A stretch of 64,000 bases of DNA from positions 66,050 to 130,049 of the IMG/VR virus record IMGVR_UViG_3300028042_000002; one strand, written 5' to 3'. Both the position numbers and the translations under genes were made by a program. The DNA comes from a virus. Taxonomy: Duplodnaviria > Heunggongvirae > Uroviricota > Caudoviricetes. The notes below the pieces were generated by a model that saw only the letters and a list, made by a program, of their open reading frames with translations, did no database searches and was not told where the DNA came from. Positions 39,152-49,180 of the stretch are shown here, piece by piece. Position 1 is the stretch's first letter; each line of letters begins with the position of its first letter.

Positions 39152-39435
39152 ATTATAACAATGAAAAAAGAAATAAAGTTATCAAGATTATCACGGTTAA
39201 ATTTCATAGTTATTTTGACTATTATTTTATATTTACTGGTATTGATATGTCTGATAATATAGAATTAACTATTTCAATTGGTGGTAATTCCAAATTAATT
39301 GAGAATATAAAACCCATATACCAATCAGATGAAGTCCCTATTAATGAAATTTTTAATAAATATGGACAACATATTCAAACTGGTGTTACTTCATATGTAT
39401 ATAGTCATAGTATAATTGATAAATATATTAAATAA
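39145..39435 (+). CDS. hypothetical protein
   Basis: ORF. Confidence 0.35.
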   Translation: MVNYNNEKRNKVIKIITVKFHSYFDYYFIFTGIDMSDNIELTISIGGNSKLIENIKPIYQSDEVPINEIFNKYGQHIQTGVTSYVYSHSIIDKYIK

Positions 39436-39468
39436 AGGTAACAATCATTAAAACAATTTAACAATAAG

Positions 39469-39798
39469 GTGAATAAAAAAGTGAAATACACTATTACAGA
39501 TACAACAATAAAAATGAAAGTTAAAAATGGTGAAAATAAAATTATAAATTGCCATGTTGGAGACCCTTTACGAAGCTTGATATTGATTGCCATAAATGAA
39601 TGTAATCATAAAAAGGTTAAATATTATTTCAATAATCAATATCACACCAACTGGTCTGAACGTGGAGAAATGGTAATTGATAATATTCAATATGACAATG
39701 AAACGGATAACCTTACAAATATTGAACAGTCCTGTAAAACTTTATACAAACTTGGTCAAGATTTATATGGTAACAACTGGTTAGATGATATAAGATAA
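39469..39798 (+). CDS. hypothetical protein (GTG start)
   Basis: ORF after an AAGGTGAAT RBS. Confidence 0.35.
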   Translation: MNKKVKYTITDTTIKMKVKNGENKIINCHVGDPLRSLILIAINECNHKKVKYYFNNQYHTNWSERGEMVIDNIQYDNETDNLTNIEQSCKTLYKLGQDLYGNNWLDDIR

Positions 39799-39992
39799 TG
39801 ATATATTTTAAAGGTGTTAAGGTTAATAATCATATTGAAAATTTATCACATAGAGAATTTACTGACTATATAAACAAAAAATATTCATATATGATAGATA
39901 ATGAATATAATCATAATTGTTACAATCAAGAAACCGAAAAATTTAATCATATACAACCCTCAAGAGGGTTTAAATTATATGATAATGAATAA
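39798..39992 (+). CDS. hypothetical small protein
   Basis: ORF. Confidence 0.3.
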   Translation: MIYFKGVKVNNHIENLSHREFTDYINKKYSYMIDNEYNHNCYNQETEKFNHIQPSRGFKLYDNE

Positions 39993-40401
39993 ATTTACTA
40001 AATATTTCATGTCTATTGCGATATTAACTTCAAAGTTATCCCATTGCAAACGTAAGCAAGTTGGTGCAATATTAGTTAAAAATAATTCAATTATATCAAT
40101 AGGTTATAATGGTACTCCTAGTAATGAAGATAATAATTGTGAAGATGATGAAAATGGATTGACATTAAATAATGTAATCCATGCAGAGGATAATGTATTT
40201 AGAAAGTTATATAATTCTCATGAAACTGCAAAAGGTGCTGAATTGTATTGTACTTTATTTCCATGTTGTCGATGTACTGATATTTTAATTGATAGTAAAA
40301 TTAAAAAGTTGATTTATCTTGATGAATATGGTAATAGTGAAGTAAATATTAAGAAATTAAATGATAATAATATAGAGGTTATAAAGTATGATAAATTATA
40401 A
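39979..40401 (+). CDS. cd: dCMP deaminase
   Basis: 'HAEDNV' and 'PCCRCTDIL' zinc-binding motifs. Start chosen at MIMNKF. Confidence 0.75.
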   Translation: MIMNKFTKYFMSIAILTSKLSHCKRKQVGAILVKNNSIISIGYNGTPSNEDNNCEDDENGLTLNNVIHAEDNVFRKLYNSHETAKGAELYCTLFPCCRCTDILIDSKIKKLIYLDEYGNSEVNIKKLNDNNIEVIKYDKL

Positions 40402-40918
40402 AATATTACAACGGGAATTAGATGATATACATTTACATTCATTTCATAGTTTTTTTATAGATGATGTTAAAGAAATTATGAAATATAAAGGTAATGAAGA
40501 ACACCTTTTAGCAATGTATTTAAGTCGAAAAACAATACCAAATATTGATTATTATAATTCAGGTTTAGAAGGTAAATATGATGGATTGTATTTTAAATAT
40601 ACTAATTTATATGGTTATTATACTGATATAAATTTATCAATATATGTATTGAAAGAATTAGATGAACATGATAGTGATGAACCAGCAAAGTATTATAATA
40701 TTGAAGAGTTTAATAGTTTCAATAAAAATAATTTAGTTAAGGTGTATGAAAATGGTGAATGGTTACACCTTGGTAAATGGGTTATTGATATTATCAGATT
40801 GTATGATAGTAAAAACCATTCGAAAATAAACCAATGGAAATATAATAGACCTGATAAATTTATTTTAGATAATCAGCAGTCAATCCTTAGTAATTATATA
40901 AATAATATTACAACATAA
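40388..40918 (+). CDS. hypothetical protein
   Basis: ORF. Confidence 0.4.
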   Translation: MINYKILQRELDDIHLHSFHSFFIDDVKEIMKYKGNEEHLLAMYLSRKTIPNIDYYNSGLEGKYDGLYFKYTNLYGYYTDINLSIYVLKELDEHDSDEPAKYYNIEEFNSFNKNNLVKVYENGEWLHLGKWVIDIIRLYDSKNHSKINQWKYNRPDKFILDNQQSILSNYINNITT

Positions 40919-40941
40919 CTAACAATTTAAATAATATTATA

Positions 40942-41184
40942 ATGACAACTAATTACACTACAACACCTCCAACATTTGCCAAAGATGCTAAACCTTCAAA
41001 ATTAGGTTGGCACGATAAATCAACTGGTGAATTGTTGGTATCTAATCGAAATATTAACCCCGATTTATACGCTAAGAAAAATATTAAAGTTGAGAAGGAA
41101 GTTAAAGTAGTTAAAGCATCTCAAACCACAATTAAGAAAAAAGTTGTAACAACTAAAAAGAAAGTTACCAAAGCTAGAAAATGA
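40942..41184 (+). CDS. small basic Lys-rich (histone H1-like tail) protein
   Basis: C-terminus 'KKKVVTTKKKVTKARK'. Confidence 0.4.
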   Translation: MTTNYTTTPPTFAKDAKPSKLGWHDKSTGELLVSNRNINPDLYAKKNIKVEKEVKVVKASQTTIKKKVVTTKKKVTKARK

Positions 41185-41537
41185 TAACAGATGATAAATC
41201 ATTTTTAGAGTATTGCCTTAGTCATTATAAAAATTCTTATTATACCCACGATGAATTTATTGATGATATTAACCAAATTGTAGTAATTAAAAGGTTATTT
41301 AGTCGATACTCTAAAAGTAATAAAATTAACGAGAGATTAGTATTAAATATTATTATAACCTTATTAAATATATTTGATATTGAAACTGTTAATATTATTT
41401 TATTCTATAAATTACCATCTATTTATTATCCTCAAATTAAACCATTTCTAATCCACTTAAATTCTTACGCGCCAAATAATGTTGCCGATAATATCCAATC
41501 TGACATCAATATAATTAGATTATTAGAAGCAATGTAG
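41181..41537 (+). CDS. hypothetical protein
   Basis: ORF. Confidence 0.4.
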   Translation: MITDDKSFLEYCLSHYKNSYYTHDEFIDDINQIVVIKRLFSRYSKSNKINERLVLNIIITLLNIFDIETVNIILFYKLPSIYYPQIKPFLIHLNSYAPNNVADNIQSDINIIRLLEAM

Positions 41538-41580
41538 TATAATTACTGCATATTTTAACATTCAAGGTAAGTTATTTAAG

Positions 41581-42597
41581 ATGTATATAGATTTAAAATA
41601 TGTAAAATTATTATCACCACAATTAAAAAACTTTAAACAAACTGATAGCCATACTTTTAATTTTAGTTGTCCAATTTGCGGAGATAGTAAAAAAGATACT
41701 AAGAAGGCTAGAGGTTATTTATTTGCTGGTAAATCTAAACTATTTTATAAATGTCATAATTGTGGCACTCCGTCAACATTTAAAAAAATATTACAAAGTA
41801 TTGATGATAATTTATATAATGAATATGTCGATGAATGTAAATCGGATTTAATGTATGGTAAAATAGATTTAACACCTCAACGAATTATATCTGAACCTAA
41901 AATTAATAATAATTATCTATTAAGTTGCACCGATAATATTACATTATTATCAGATGACCATATTGCTAAAAAGTATATAAATAATAGACAAATTCCCGAA
42001 AGCTCACAATATGATTTATATTACATTAATGATTTAAATGTATTAGCAAATCAGTTAGATAAATATAAAATTAATAAAAGTAAGTTTTATAGTACAGATT
42101 ATATTATTATACCAATAAGGAATAAGTTTGATACAATTACTCATATTCAAGCACGACTAATAACGCCTACTAATGATAAATTTAGGTTTATTACATTGCA
42201 AGTTATTAAAAATACTGTTAAATTATATGGTATTAATAATATTGATAAGAATAATGAAAATATCTATATTGTTGAAGGTGCTTTCGATAGTATGTTTATT
42301 GATAATTCAATGGCAATGATGGGAAGCTCTGTAAATATTAAAAATATTAAAGGCAATCTTATATTTATTTATGATAATGAGCCTCACAATGATGAAATTA
42401 TGAAACTAATGAAACGTAGGATCGAAAATGGGTATAATGTGGTAATTTGGGGTACGTTAGTTGGTGCGATAAAAGATATAAATGATATGATATTGGCTAA
42501 TGTATTTAAAAATAAATTTAATTTATTAGAGTATATTAAATTACATACGTTTAAAGGTGAGAAAGCAATGATTAAATTTGAAGAGTATATAAAATAA
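41581..42597 (+). CDS. gp61: DNA primase (T4 gp61-like)
   Basis: N-terminal zinc ribbon 'CPICGDS...CHNCG'. Toprim-like 'IVEGAFD'. 338 aa. Confidence 0.75.
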   Translation: MYIDLKYVKLLSPQLKNFKQTDSHTFNFSCPICGDSKKDTKKARGYLFAGKSKLFYKCHNCGTPSTFKKILQSIDDNLYNEYVDECKSDLMYGKIDLTPQRIISEPKINNNYLLSCTDNITLLSDDHIAKKYINNRQIPESSQYDLYYINDLNVLANQLDKYKINKSKFYSTDYIIIPIRNKFDTITHIQARLITPTNDKFRFITLQVIKNTVKLYGINNIDKNNENIYIVEGAFDSMFIDNSMAMMGSSVNIKNIKGNLIFIYDNEPHNDEIMKLMKRRIENGYNVVIWGTLVGAIKDINDMILANVFKNKFNLLEYIKLHTFKGEKAMIKFEEYIK

Positions 42598-43701
42598 ATG
42601 ACAAAAATACTAGACTTAGAACACATTCAGAATAATGTTAAAGACCGTAAATTATTCATGGGACATTATTCAGGATATCAACGATTTGACCAATATAAAT
42701 ATCAAGATATAAAATCATTAGAGTTCATAATGCGTAAAGCATATTGGACACCAGAAGAAGTCAACCTCACTCAAGCTAGAATTAATTTTAAAACTTTACC
42801 ACAACATCATCAAGATATTTTAACTGTAAATTTATTATTTCAAACTTTAATGGACAGTGTGAATTCTCGTTCACTTGATTTAATATTATCACAATTAACC
42901 ACGTCTAATGAACTTGAAGCATTATTCAAAACTCAAGCATTTTTTGAACTTATTCATAGTTTTTCATATTCTCATATTATCCGTGAAGTATTCCCAAACG
43001 CGACAGCAGAATTTGATAAATTATATAATATTCCTGAAATTACCAATAGATTGACAGGTGAAGTAGAATTATTTAACATTTATTCAACTGGTAAATATTA
43101 CTTACTTTCTCACGATGAAAAACGTCATTATATTGTTAAAATATTATTAAAAACTTACATTTTAGAAAGTATTAAATTTTATGTATCATTTTTAATTACT
43201 TATGCTATTGACCATGCTAACGATAATAAAATATTACCAATTTCTCATATTATTAAATTAATTAATTTTGATGAAGATAAACATGTTGATGTATTTTCCA
43301 AAATTATTAATATTTTAACCAATAATAAAGATGAAGGATTTAGTGATATATTTAAGTCAGACTGGTATAATGATTTAGTAATTTCATCCTTTAAACAATG
43401 TTATGAAGATGAATTAGAATGGGGTAAATTTTTATTATCTTATGGACGTATTCCATCTATCACAATTGAAGTTTTAGAAACCTTTATTAAATATTGGATT
43501 GATGAAAGATTGGGTAGAATTAATCAACCTAAAATTTATAATGAAAAATCTAGTGATATTATTACTTGGTTTAACCTTTTCCGAGATGTTGACAAAGATA
43601 ATACAGCATTTCAAGAAGGTGATGGACTGGCTTATAATATTGGTATTTTGGTTAATGATTTAACTGAAAATAAATTAACTTATAATGAGAATATAAAATG
43701 A
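42598..43701 (+). CDS. nrdB: ribonucleotide reductase class Ia beta subunit
   Basis: 'FFELIHSFSYSHIIR' iron-ligand motif. Tyr radical region. Confidence 0.85.
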   Translation: MTKILDLEHIQNNVKDRKLFMGHYSGYQRFDQYKYQDIKSLEFIMRKAYWTPEEVNLTQARINFKTLPQHHQDILTVNLLFQTLMDSVNSRSLDLILSQLTTSNELEALFKTQAFFELIHSFSYSHIIREVFPNATAEFDKLYNIPEITNRLTGEVELFNIYSTGKYYLLSHDEKRHYIVKILLKTYILESIKFYVSFLITYAIDHANDNKILPISHIIKLINFDEDKHVDVFSKIINILTNNKDEGFSDIFKSDWYNDLVISSFKQCYEDELEWGKFLLSYGRIPSITIEVLETFIKYWIDERLGRINQPKIYNEKSSDIITWFNLFRDVDKDNTAFQEGDGLAYNIGILVNDLTENKLTYNENIK

Positions 43702-43970
43702 TTAATAAATACCCAAAATTTAAACTGTTGATGGAATTGTTTGATATTAAACCTAAAGTAACTAATGTAATAATTTGTAAATATTGTTACTCAAATGGTT
43801 ATAATTTTTATTTCAATTTAAATGAAATAAAACGTGATACATATTTCAACATATTTAAATATGATAATATTATAAATTCTCGACAGTTTGAGACTAAGAG
43901 TTTTATGTTAGACGAGATAAAAGCTTATCAAAATGTAGATTTAATTCTAATCCACGGTGACCCAAAATGA
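43698..43970 (+). CDS. glutaredoxin/thioredoxin-like (NrdC/NrdH-like) protein
   Basis: 'CKYC' redox-motif candidate. Lies between nrdB and nrdA. Confidence 0.4.
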   Translation: MINKYPKFKLLMELFDIKPKVTNVIICKYCYSNGYNFYFNLNEIKRDTYFNIFKYDNIINSRQFETKSFMLDEIKAYQNVDLILIHGDPK

Positions 43971-46279
43971 GTAAAAAATTAATCACTTTAGAAGATGTTA
44001 TTCAAAATTATAACACTAAAAACCTTAATATTATTAAACGTAAAGGTCATACAGAGCCATTTAATGTGACCAAATTATTAAAGGTTATAAATTGGGCTAC
44101 TCAAGATAATGAAAACTTTACTAAAGAATTATTATTAGACACTAAAATTAAATTATATAATGATATTCGTATTGTTGACTTATATAATGAATTAATTAAT
44201 ACTGCTAGTAATAAAATTTCATTAATGTACTCACAATGGGAATATATTTCAGCACGTTTGTTTTTATTAAAAATTTATAAAGACGTGTGGCAAATCGAAA
44301 CGAAAGATTATCCAAATTATTCAGATGTAATTAAAAAAGGTTTACGTCATCATATTTATGACCATAAAATTATTAATACATTTACAGATGATGAAATTGA
44401 CCAATTGGATATTGTTATTAAAGCTTCTCAATCTAACGACCTTTTATTCACATGGAAAAGTTTAAATACAATTTATGATAAATATTGTTTAAATTATACC
44501 AAGACTAAAAAGCTTGAATTACCACAACATGTGTATATGAGAGTGGCTATTGCATTACATTATAAATCTAATAATAAAATATCTAAAATTATTGAATGTT
44601 ATAATAATTTAGCCACTCATAAATTTACTGTATCAACTCCTATTGCATTAAATGGATTAACAATAAATTCAAACTATGCAAGTTGTGTACTATCTCAAAT
44701 GGATGATGATACACATAATATTTTAGATGTTAATAAAGATATGGGGATTTATTCAAAATATAAAGGTGGAACTGCGTGTGATATTACTAGATTAAGAAGT
44801 AAATTATCTTATATTAAAGGTAATCAAGGTTATTCAAGTGGTACAGTTCCATTTATTAAAATAATTGAAAGTACATTAAAAGCATTTAATCAAGGTGGAA
44901 AACGTACAGGAAGTTGTAATATATTTTTTCAGTGGTGGCATCATGATTTTAAAGATTTAATTGTGCTTAAAAGTAATACTGGTACTGATGATAATCGTGC
45001 AAGGTCATTAAAATATGCTGTAAAATTGAATAACTTATTAATTCATCGTGTAATTAGAGATGAAGATATTACATTATTTGACCCCAAAGATGTTCCAAAA
45101 TTATTCAATATTTATGGTGATGAATTTGATAAACAATATATTGAATATGAAAATAAAGTAGGCATTCGTAAATCTAAAATGAAAGCCAGTGATTTATGGT
45201 ATATGATGATGAAAGAACGTGCCGAAACGTCTAATATTTATCTTTTCCACGAAGAAAATGTTAATAATCATTCAATGCTAAAAAGGTATATTAATAGTTC
45301 TAATTTATGTATGGAAATTTTAGAACCCTCAAGAGCATCCAAACTTATTAATGAAACTTATCATACTGATGAAAATGGTAAGGTTACTATAAATAAATCT
45401 TATCAGGCTGGTGAAATTGCATTATGTAATTTATCATCCATCAATCTATTAGAATATTTTAAACTTTCTGAAAGTGGAAGAGCTAAATTAATCTTTAATA
45501 TTGTTGAAACACTTGATAATAGTATTGATTTATCATATTACCCTGTTAAAGAAGGTAAAATATCTAATTTAAAATATAGATACCTTGGAATAGGTGTTAA
45601 TAATTATACAAATTATCTTGCTACGTTAGGGATTATTATTGATAGTGAAGAAGCTTTAACAGAAACTCATAGAATATTTGATGAAATTTCATATAATATT
45701 ATCAATAGTTCAATGTTATTAGCTAAAAGTAAGGGTAAATTTGCAGGGTATAACGATACAAAATGGGGAGATGGTGTATTACCTGTTGATATTTGTAATA
45801 AACGTGCATTAGAATTGGGTGATTATAATCAAAGTTTATCAATGAGGTTAAAATGGGATAAATTACGTATAGATATTAAATATTATGGTGTGAGAAATGC
45901 TTTAATGTTGGCTATTATGCCCACTGCAACATCAGGAAAGTCAATTAATGCTACAGAAAGTATTGAACCTATTTCAAATTTATTATATAAAGAAAGTGGA
46001 ACTAAAAATATAACTAGCCTTGTTCCAAATTTTAGAAAGAATAATAAATATTATAAAAATGGTTTTGAATGTAATCAAGAAATGTTAGTTAAATTAGCCG
46101 CTATTAGACAATGTTACATAGACCAGTCTCAATCATTAAATTTATACTTTAAGCACCCCGACAGCCTATATGAGCTTAGTAGGATACATTTATTAGGCTT
46201 TGAATATGGTGTTAAAACTTATTATTATATGAAACAGCTTAAATCTAGTGATGAAGAAATATGTGAAAGTTGTTCTTAA
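43967..46279 (+). CDS. nrdA: ribonucleotide reductase class Ia alpha subunit
   Basis: 'ASCVLSQ', 'SNLCMEI', 'GEIALCNLSSINL', C-terminal CxxC. Aligns along its length with E. coli/T4 NrdA. Confidence 0.9.
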   Translation: MSKKLITLEDVIQNYNTKNLNIIKRKGHTEPFNVTKLLKVINWATQDNENFTKELLLDTKIKLYNDIRIVDLYNELINTASNKISLMYSQWEYISARLFLLKIYKDVWQIETKDYPNYSDVIKKGLRHHIYDHKIINTFTDDEIDQLDIVIKASQSNDLLFTWKSLNTIYDKYCLNYTKTKKLELPQHVYMRVAIALHYKSNNKISKIIECYNNLATHKFTVSTPIALNGLTINSNYASCVLSQMDDDTHNILDVNKDMGIYSKYKGGTACDITRLRSKLSYIKGNQGYSSGTVPFIKIIESTLKAFNQGGKRTGSCNIFFQWWHHDFKDLIVLKSNTGTDDNRARSLKYAVKLNNLLIHRVIRDEDITLFDPKDVPKLFNIYGDEFDKQYIEYENKVGIRKSKMKASDLWYMMMKERAETSNIYLFHEENVNNHSMLKRYINSSNLCMEILEPSRASKLINETYHTDENGKVTINKSYQAGEIALCNLSSINLLEYFKLSESGRAKLIFNIVETLDNSIDLSYYPVKEGKISNLKYRYLGIGVNNYTNYLATLGIIIDSEEALTETHRIFDEISYNIINSSMLLAKSKGKFAGYNDTKWGDGVLPVDICNKRALELGDYNQSLSMRLKWDKLRIDIKYYGVRNALMLAIMPTATSGKSINATESIEPISNLLYKESGTKNITSLVPNFRKNNKYYKNGFECNQEMLVKLAAIRQCYIDQSQSLNLYFKHPDSLYELSRIHLLGFEYGVKTYYYMKQLKSSDEEICESCS

Positions 46280-46384
46280 ATTTAATTAATATATTTTAGA
46301 ATATTTAAGGGTATAATTTAATTATTATATCCTTTTTTTAATGTATAATAAGTTTTAACAAATTAACCAATAGGCAAACAAAAG

Positions 46385-46678
46385 ATGGGATATTATACGA
46401 ACCATAAAATTATAATTGAAAACGACGAAAATGAAACAATTTTAAATGAACTTATTGAAATTGTTGGATATGACCCATTTGATGATGATTGTAAATGGTA
46501 TGAAGAACCTAATGATATGAAATTAATTTCAAAAAGATACCCAAATGTATTATTTACATTAAATGGCGAAGGTGAAGAATCTTTTGATATATGGGTAAAA
46601 TACTATAAAAATGGTAAATGTCAAGAATGTATAGCCGAACTAACATTTGATAAATTTGATGAAAGTAAATTAAAATAA
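46385..46678 (+). CDS. hypothetical protein
   Basis: ORF. Confidence 0.4.
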   Translation: MGYYTNHKIIIENDENETILNELIEIVGYDPFDDDCKWYEEPNDMKLISKRYPNVLFTLNGEGEESFDIWVKYYKNGKCQECIAELTFDKFDESKLK

Positions 46679-46689
46679 GGTGATAAAAA

Positions 46690-47076
46690 ATGATTGATAT
46701 ATACCAAAATATAAAAAATGATGAATATGAAAATAAACTACAATACCCAAAAAATATTAGCAGAAAATGTGAATGTGGAAATTTATTAAGTAAAAACGAT
46801 AAATATTGTAGTAAATGTGGTTTAAAATCTGATTATGATAATAAATTGAAATTATATCAAGTTGAGAAATTAAAATATAATAATGAAGACGATATTATAT
46901 ATAACCAATTTAAAAAAGATTTAATTGAATATTTCGAATGGGGTAATTATAAAAGCAAATTAAAATTATTTGATATTGCATGGCAAAATGGTCACTCTAA
47001 TGGATATTGGGATGTTATTAACTCTGCTGCACATATTAACAATATTATAAAATTAATTAATGATGATAAAGGTTAA
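46690..47076 (+). CDS. zinc-ribbon protein
   Basis: 'CECGN...CSKCG'. Confidence 0.4.
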   Translation: MIDIYQNIKNDEYENKLQYPKNISRKCECGNLLSKNDKYCSKCGLKSDYDNKLKLYQVEKLKYNNEDDIIYNQFKKDLIEYFEWGNYKSKLKLFDIAWQNGHSNGYWDVINSAAHINNIIKLINDDKG

Positions 47077-47440
47077 AATAATGACTGAAAATGAAAAATA
47101 TAGAACCGGTAATCGTAAATATTTATATAAATTGGTTATTGATAATTTAGGTGACATTAATATTGATGAATATAGTAAACATTTATCAAATATAAGTATT
47201 CGCAATTTACATACACCTTTTTATATGTATAATATTGATAAAAGTATTATAATATCAATAGCAGAACAAGATGATACTTTATATATACATAATGACCAAT
47301 GTTACGATAAAACTAAATTAAAAATAAACTTACACAAAGTATTAATTTCAGAAGATAAGAACATTGAAAATGAAATTGTAAATATTATCACATTTAAAGA
47401 AAGTGAATTAGTTGAAAGATTTATAAATTTATTAGGGTAA
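47060..47440 (+). CDS. hypothetical protein
   Basis: ORF. Confidence 0.4.
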   Translation: MMIKVKIMTENEKYRTGNRKYLYKLVIDNLGDINIDEYSKHLSNISIRNLHTPFYMYNIDKSIIISIAEQDDTLYIHNDQCYDKTKLKINLHKVLISEDKNIENEIVNIITFKESELVERFINLLG

Positions 47441-47450
47441 TAATAATAAC

Positions 47451-48014
47451 ATGAAACAAATAAATAGAATTATAAAAAGACTTAATAGTTTAGGAGAACC
47501 ATCAACTCGTGAAGATGTTTGCGATGACATGTGGAGTAATTTTCCAAATATCAGAACATTTGATAAGGCTATAAAAATTGGTAAATTGTATAAATGTAAT
47601 GATTTATATGGTATTAGAAATTATGAAGATACAATTACATTAGGTCAATTTATCGCGAAGTGTAAACATAAAAACTTACCAAATTTTCCAGTATATTATT
47701 ATCATGATTATGGCATTTCATCAGGTATTGAAAGTTGGAGAGGTGTATATGATGAATTAGCTTTAGATGTTGCATCTGATTATGATAAAAATATTAAACC
47801 TTTAATACTTAATGAATTTATTTTAATGTTAGAAGAATGTAACGGTGAAACTTATGATGGGTATAAAGGTGGTGAATTTACAATGAATTTAGATACTAAA
47901 GTATGGGTTGATAATTATGGCGAAAGTTCTAATCCATCTACAACAATTCAAGATGTAATTCATATTGCAGATAAAATATTTATTCTTACATGCCCATTAG
48001 ACGAGGGATATTAA
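47451..48014 (+). CDS. hypothetical protein
   Basis: ORF. Confidence 0.4.
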   Translation: MKQINRIIKRLNSLGEPSTREDVCDDMWSNFPNIRTFDKAIKIGKLYKCNDLYGIRNYEDTITLGQFIAKCKHKNLPNFPVYYYHDYGISSGIESWRGVYDELALDVASDYDKNIKPLILNEFILMLEECNGETYDGYKGGEFTMNLDTKVWVDNYGESSNPSTTIQDVIHIADKIFILTCPLDEGY

Positions 48015-48015
48015 A

Positions 48016-48552
48016 ATGATTAAAATTAAACCATCTTATTATAATGCATTATTATCATCATTAGCTAATAAGAACGACCCACGATATTATTTACATGGTA
48101 TTAATTTAACCAGTAATTATATTGTTGCAAGCGATGGTGTATTACTTACTAAAGTTATTATTGATACATGTATAGAAATTAATGATGATGATAATATTAT
48201 AATAATCCCAATTTCAATTAAAGCCAAACGAGCTAATAAAAATTTAAAATATATCTTAATTGATATAGACGAGTTACAAGCTCAACATATTGATAAAAAT
48301 GATAACATTATCCATATTGAAATGTTTTCAAATATTGAAGATAATTATCCCAATATTGATAGAATATTACATAAAAATAATAAAGATATTGAAATTGGAT
48401 ATATGCTTAATATTAAAAGTATTAATAAAGTTTTATCATCAATGTGGGTTGATAATGCTGAAATATCACCACTAAATGAAAGATGTGTTAATGTCAATAT
48501 AAATGATGATAATATTGTAATAATTTCAACAATCATACAAAAAGGTAAATAA
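48016..48552 (+). CDS. hypothetical protein
   Basis: ORF. Confidence 0.4.
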   Translation: MIKIKPSYYNALLSSLANKNDPRYYLHGINLTSNYIVASDGVLLTKVIIDTCIEINDDDNIIIIPISIKAKRANKNLKYILIDIDELQAQHIDKNDNIIHIEMFSNIEDNYPNIDRILHKNNKDIEIGYMLNIKSINKVLSSMWVDNAEISPLNERCVNVNINDDNIVIISTIIQKGK

Positions 48553-48743
48553 AATGGTTACATATAGCTTAATATTAACAACTTTAATATCATCCTTATT
48601 ATTTTACATCAATGGTTCTAATGATAATGCGATATGGTGTATATTTATTGGAGGTGTAATATTTTCAATGCAACATTTAATTGTTAAATTGTGGAATGTT
48701 TATGAAATTTATTTATCTTCTAAAATGTAAAAAGGTTAAAATT

Positions 48744-49115
48744 ATGAAATTTGAAAATATAAAAGTCGGAGACTATGTTTTAATTAATGTAGATTTAGAT
48801 TATGGTTGGCGTATGCACTATAATAATTATAATATTAAACTGAAAATTGAACGGTTGACACCTAAACAGATGGTTGTTGGTGGTTGTAAATATTGGAGGG
48901 AAGATGGAAAAGGTTTGGGAGGTTTATATAATGATAAACTTTATCATATTGATGAATTTGATGATGATACAGAACAATATAATAAAGATAAAATATTAAT
49001 TGATAATTACATATATATGAATAATTATACAAAATTTAAAATTGATATTCGTAATCCTAATATTGATAAAATTATTGAAAGGTGGTTAGAGTTTAAAAAA
49101 TTGATAGATTTATAA
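48744..49115 (+). CDS. hypothetical protein (start reset to MKFENIK after AAAGGTTAAAATT RBS)
   Basis: RBS-consistent start. Confidence 0.4.
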   Translation: MKFENIKVGDYVLINVDLDYGWRMHYNNYNIKLKIERLTPKQMVVGGCKYWREDGKGLGGLYNDKLYHIDEFDDDTEQYNKDKILIDNYIYMNNYTKFKIDIRNPNIDKIIERWLEFKKLIDL

Positions 49116-49122
49116 CAATAAA

Positions 49123-49154
49123 AAACCACCTAACAACTTAATGAAAGGTGGTTT
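49123..49154. terminator. hairpin terminator (AAACCACC-loop-GGTGGTTT), T-run on minus strand: terminator of gene 23 transcript
   Basis: Stem 8 bp. On the minus strand it is followed by ttttttatt. Confidence 0.55.
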
Positions 49155-49180
49155 ATAATTATAATACGTTTTAAATGATA

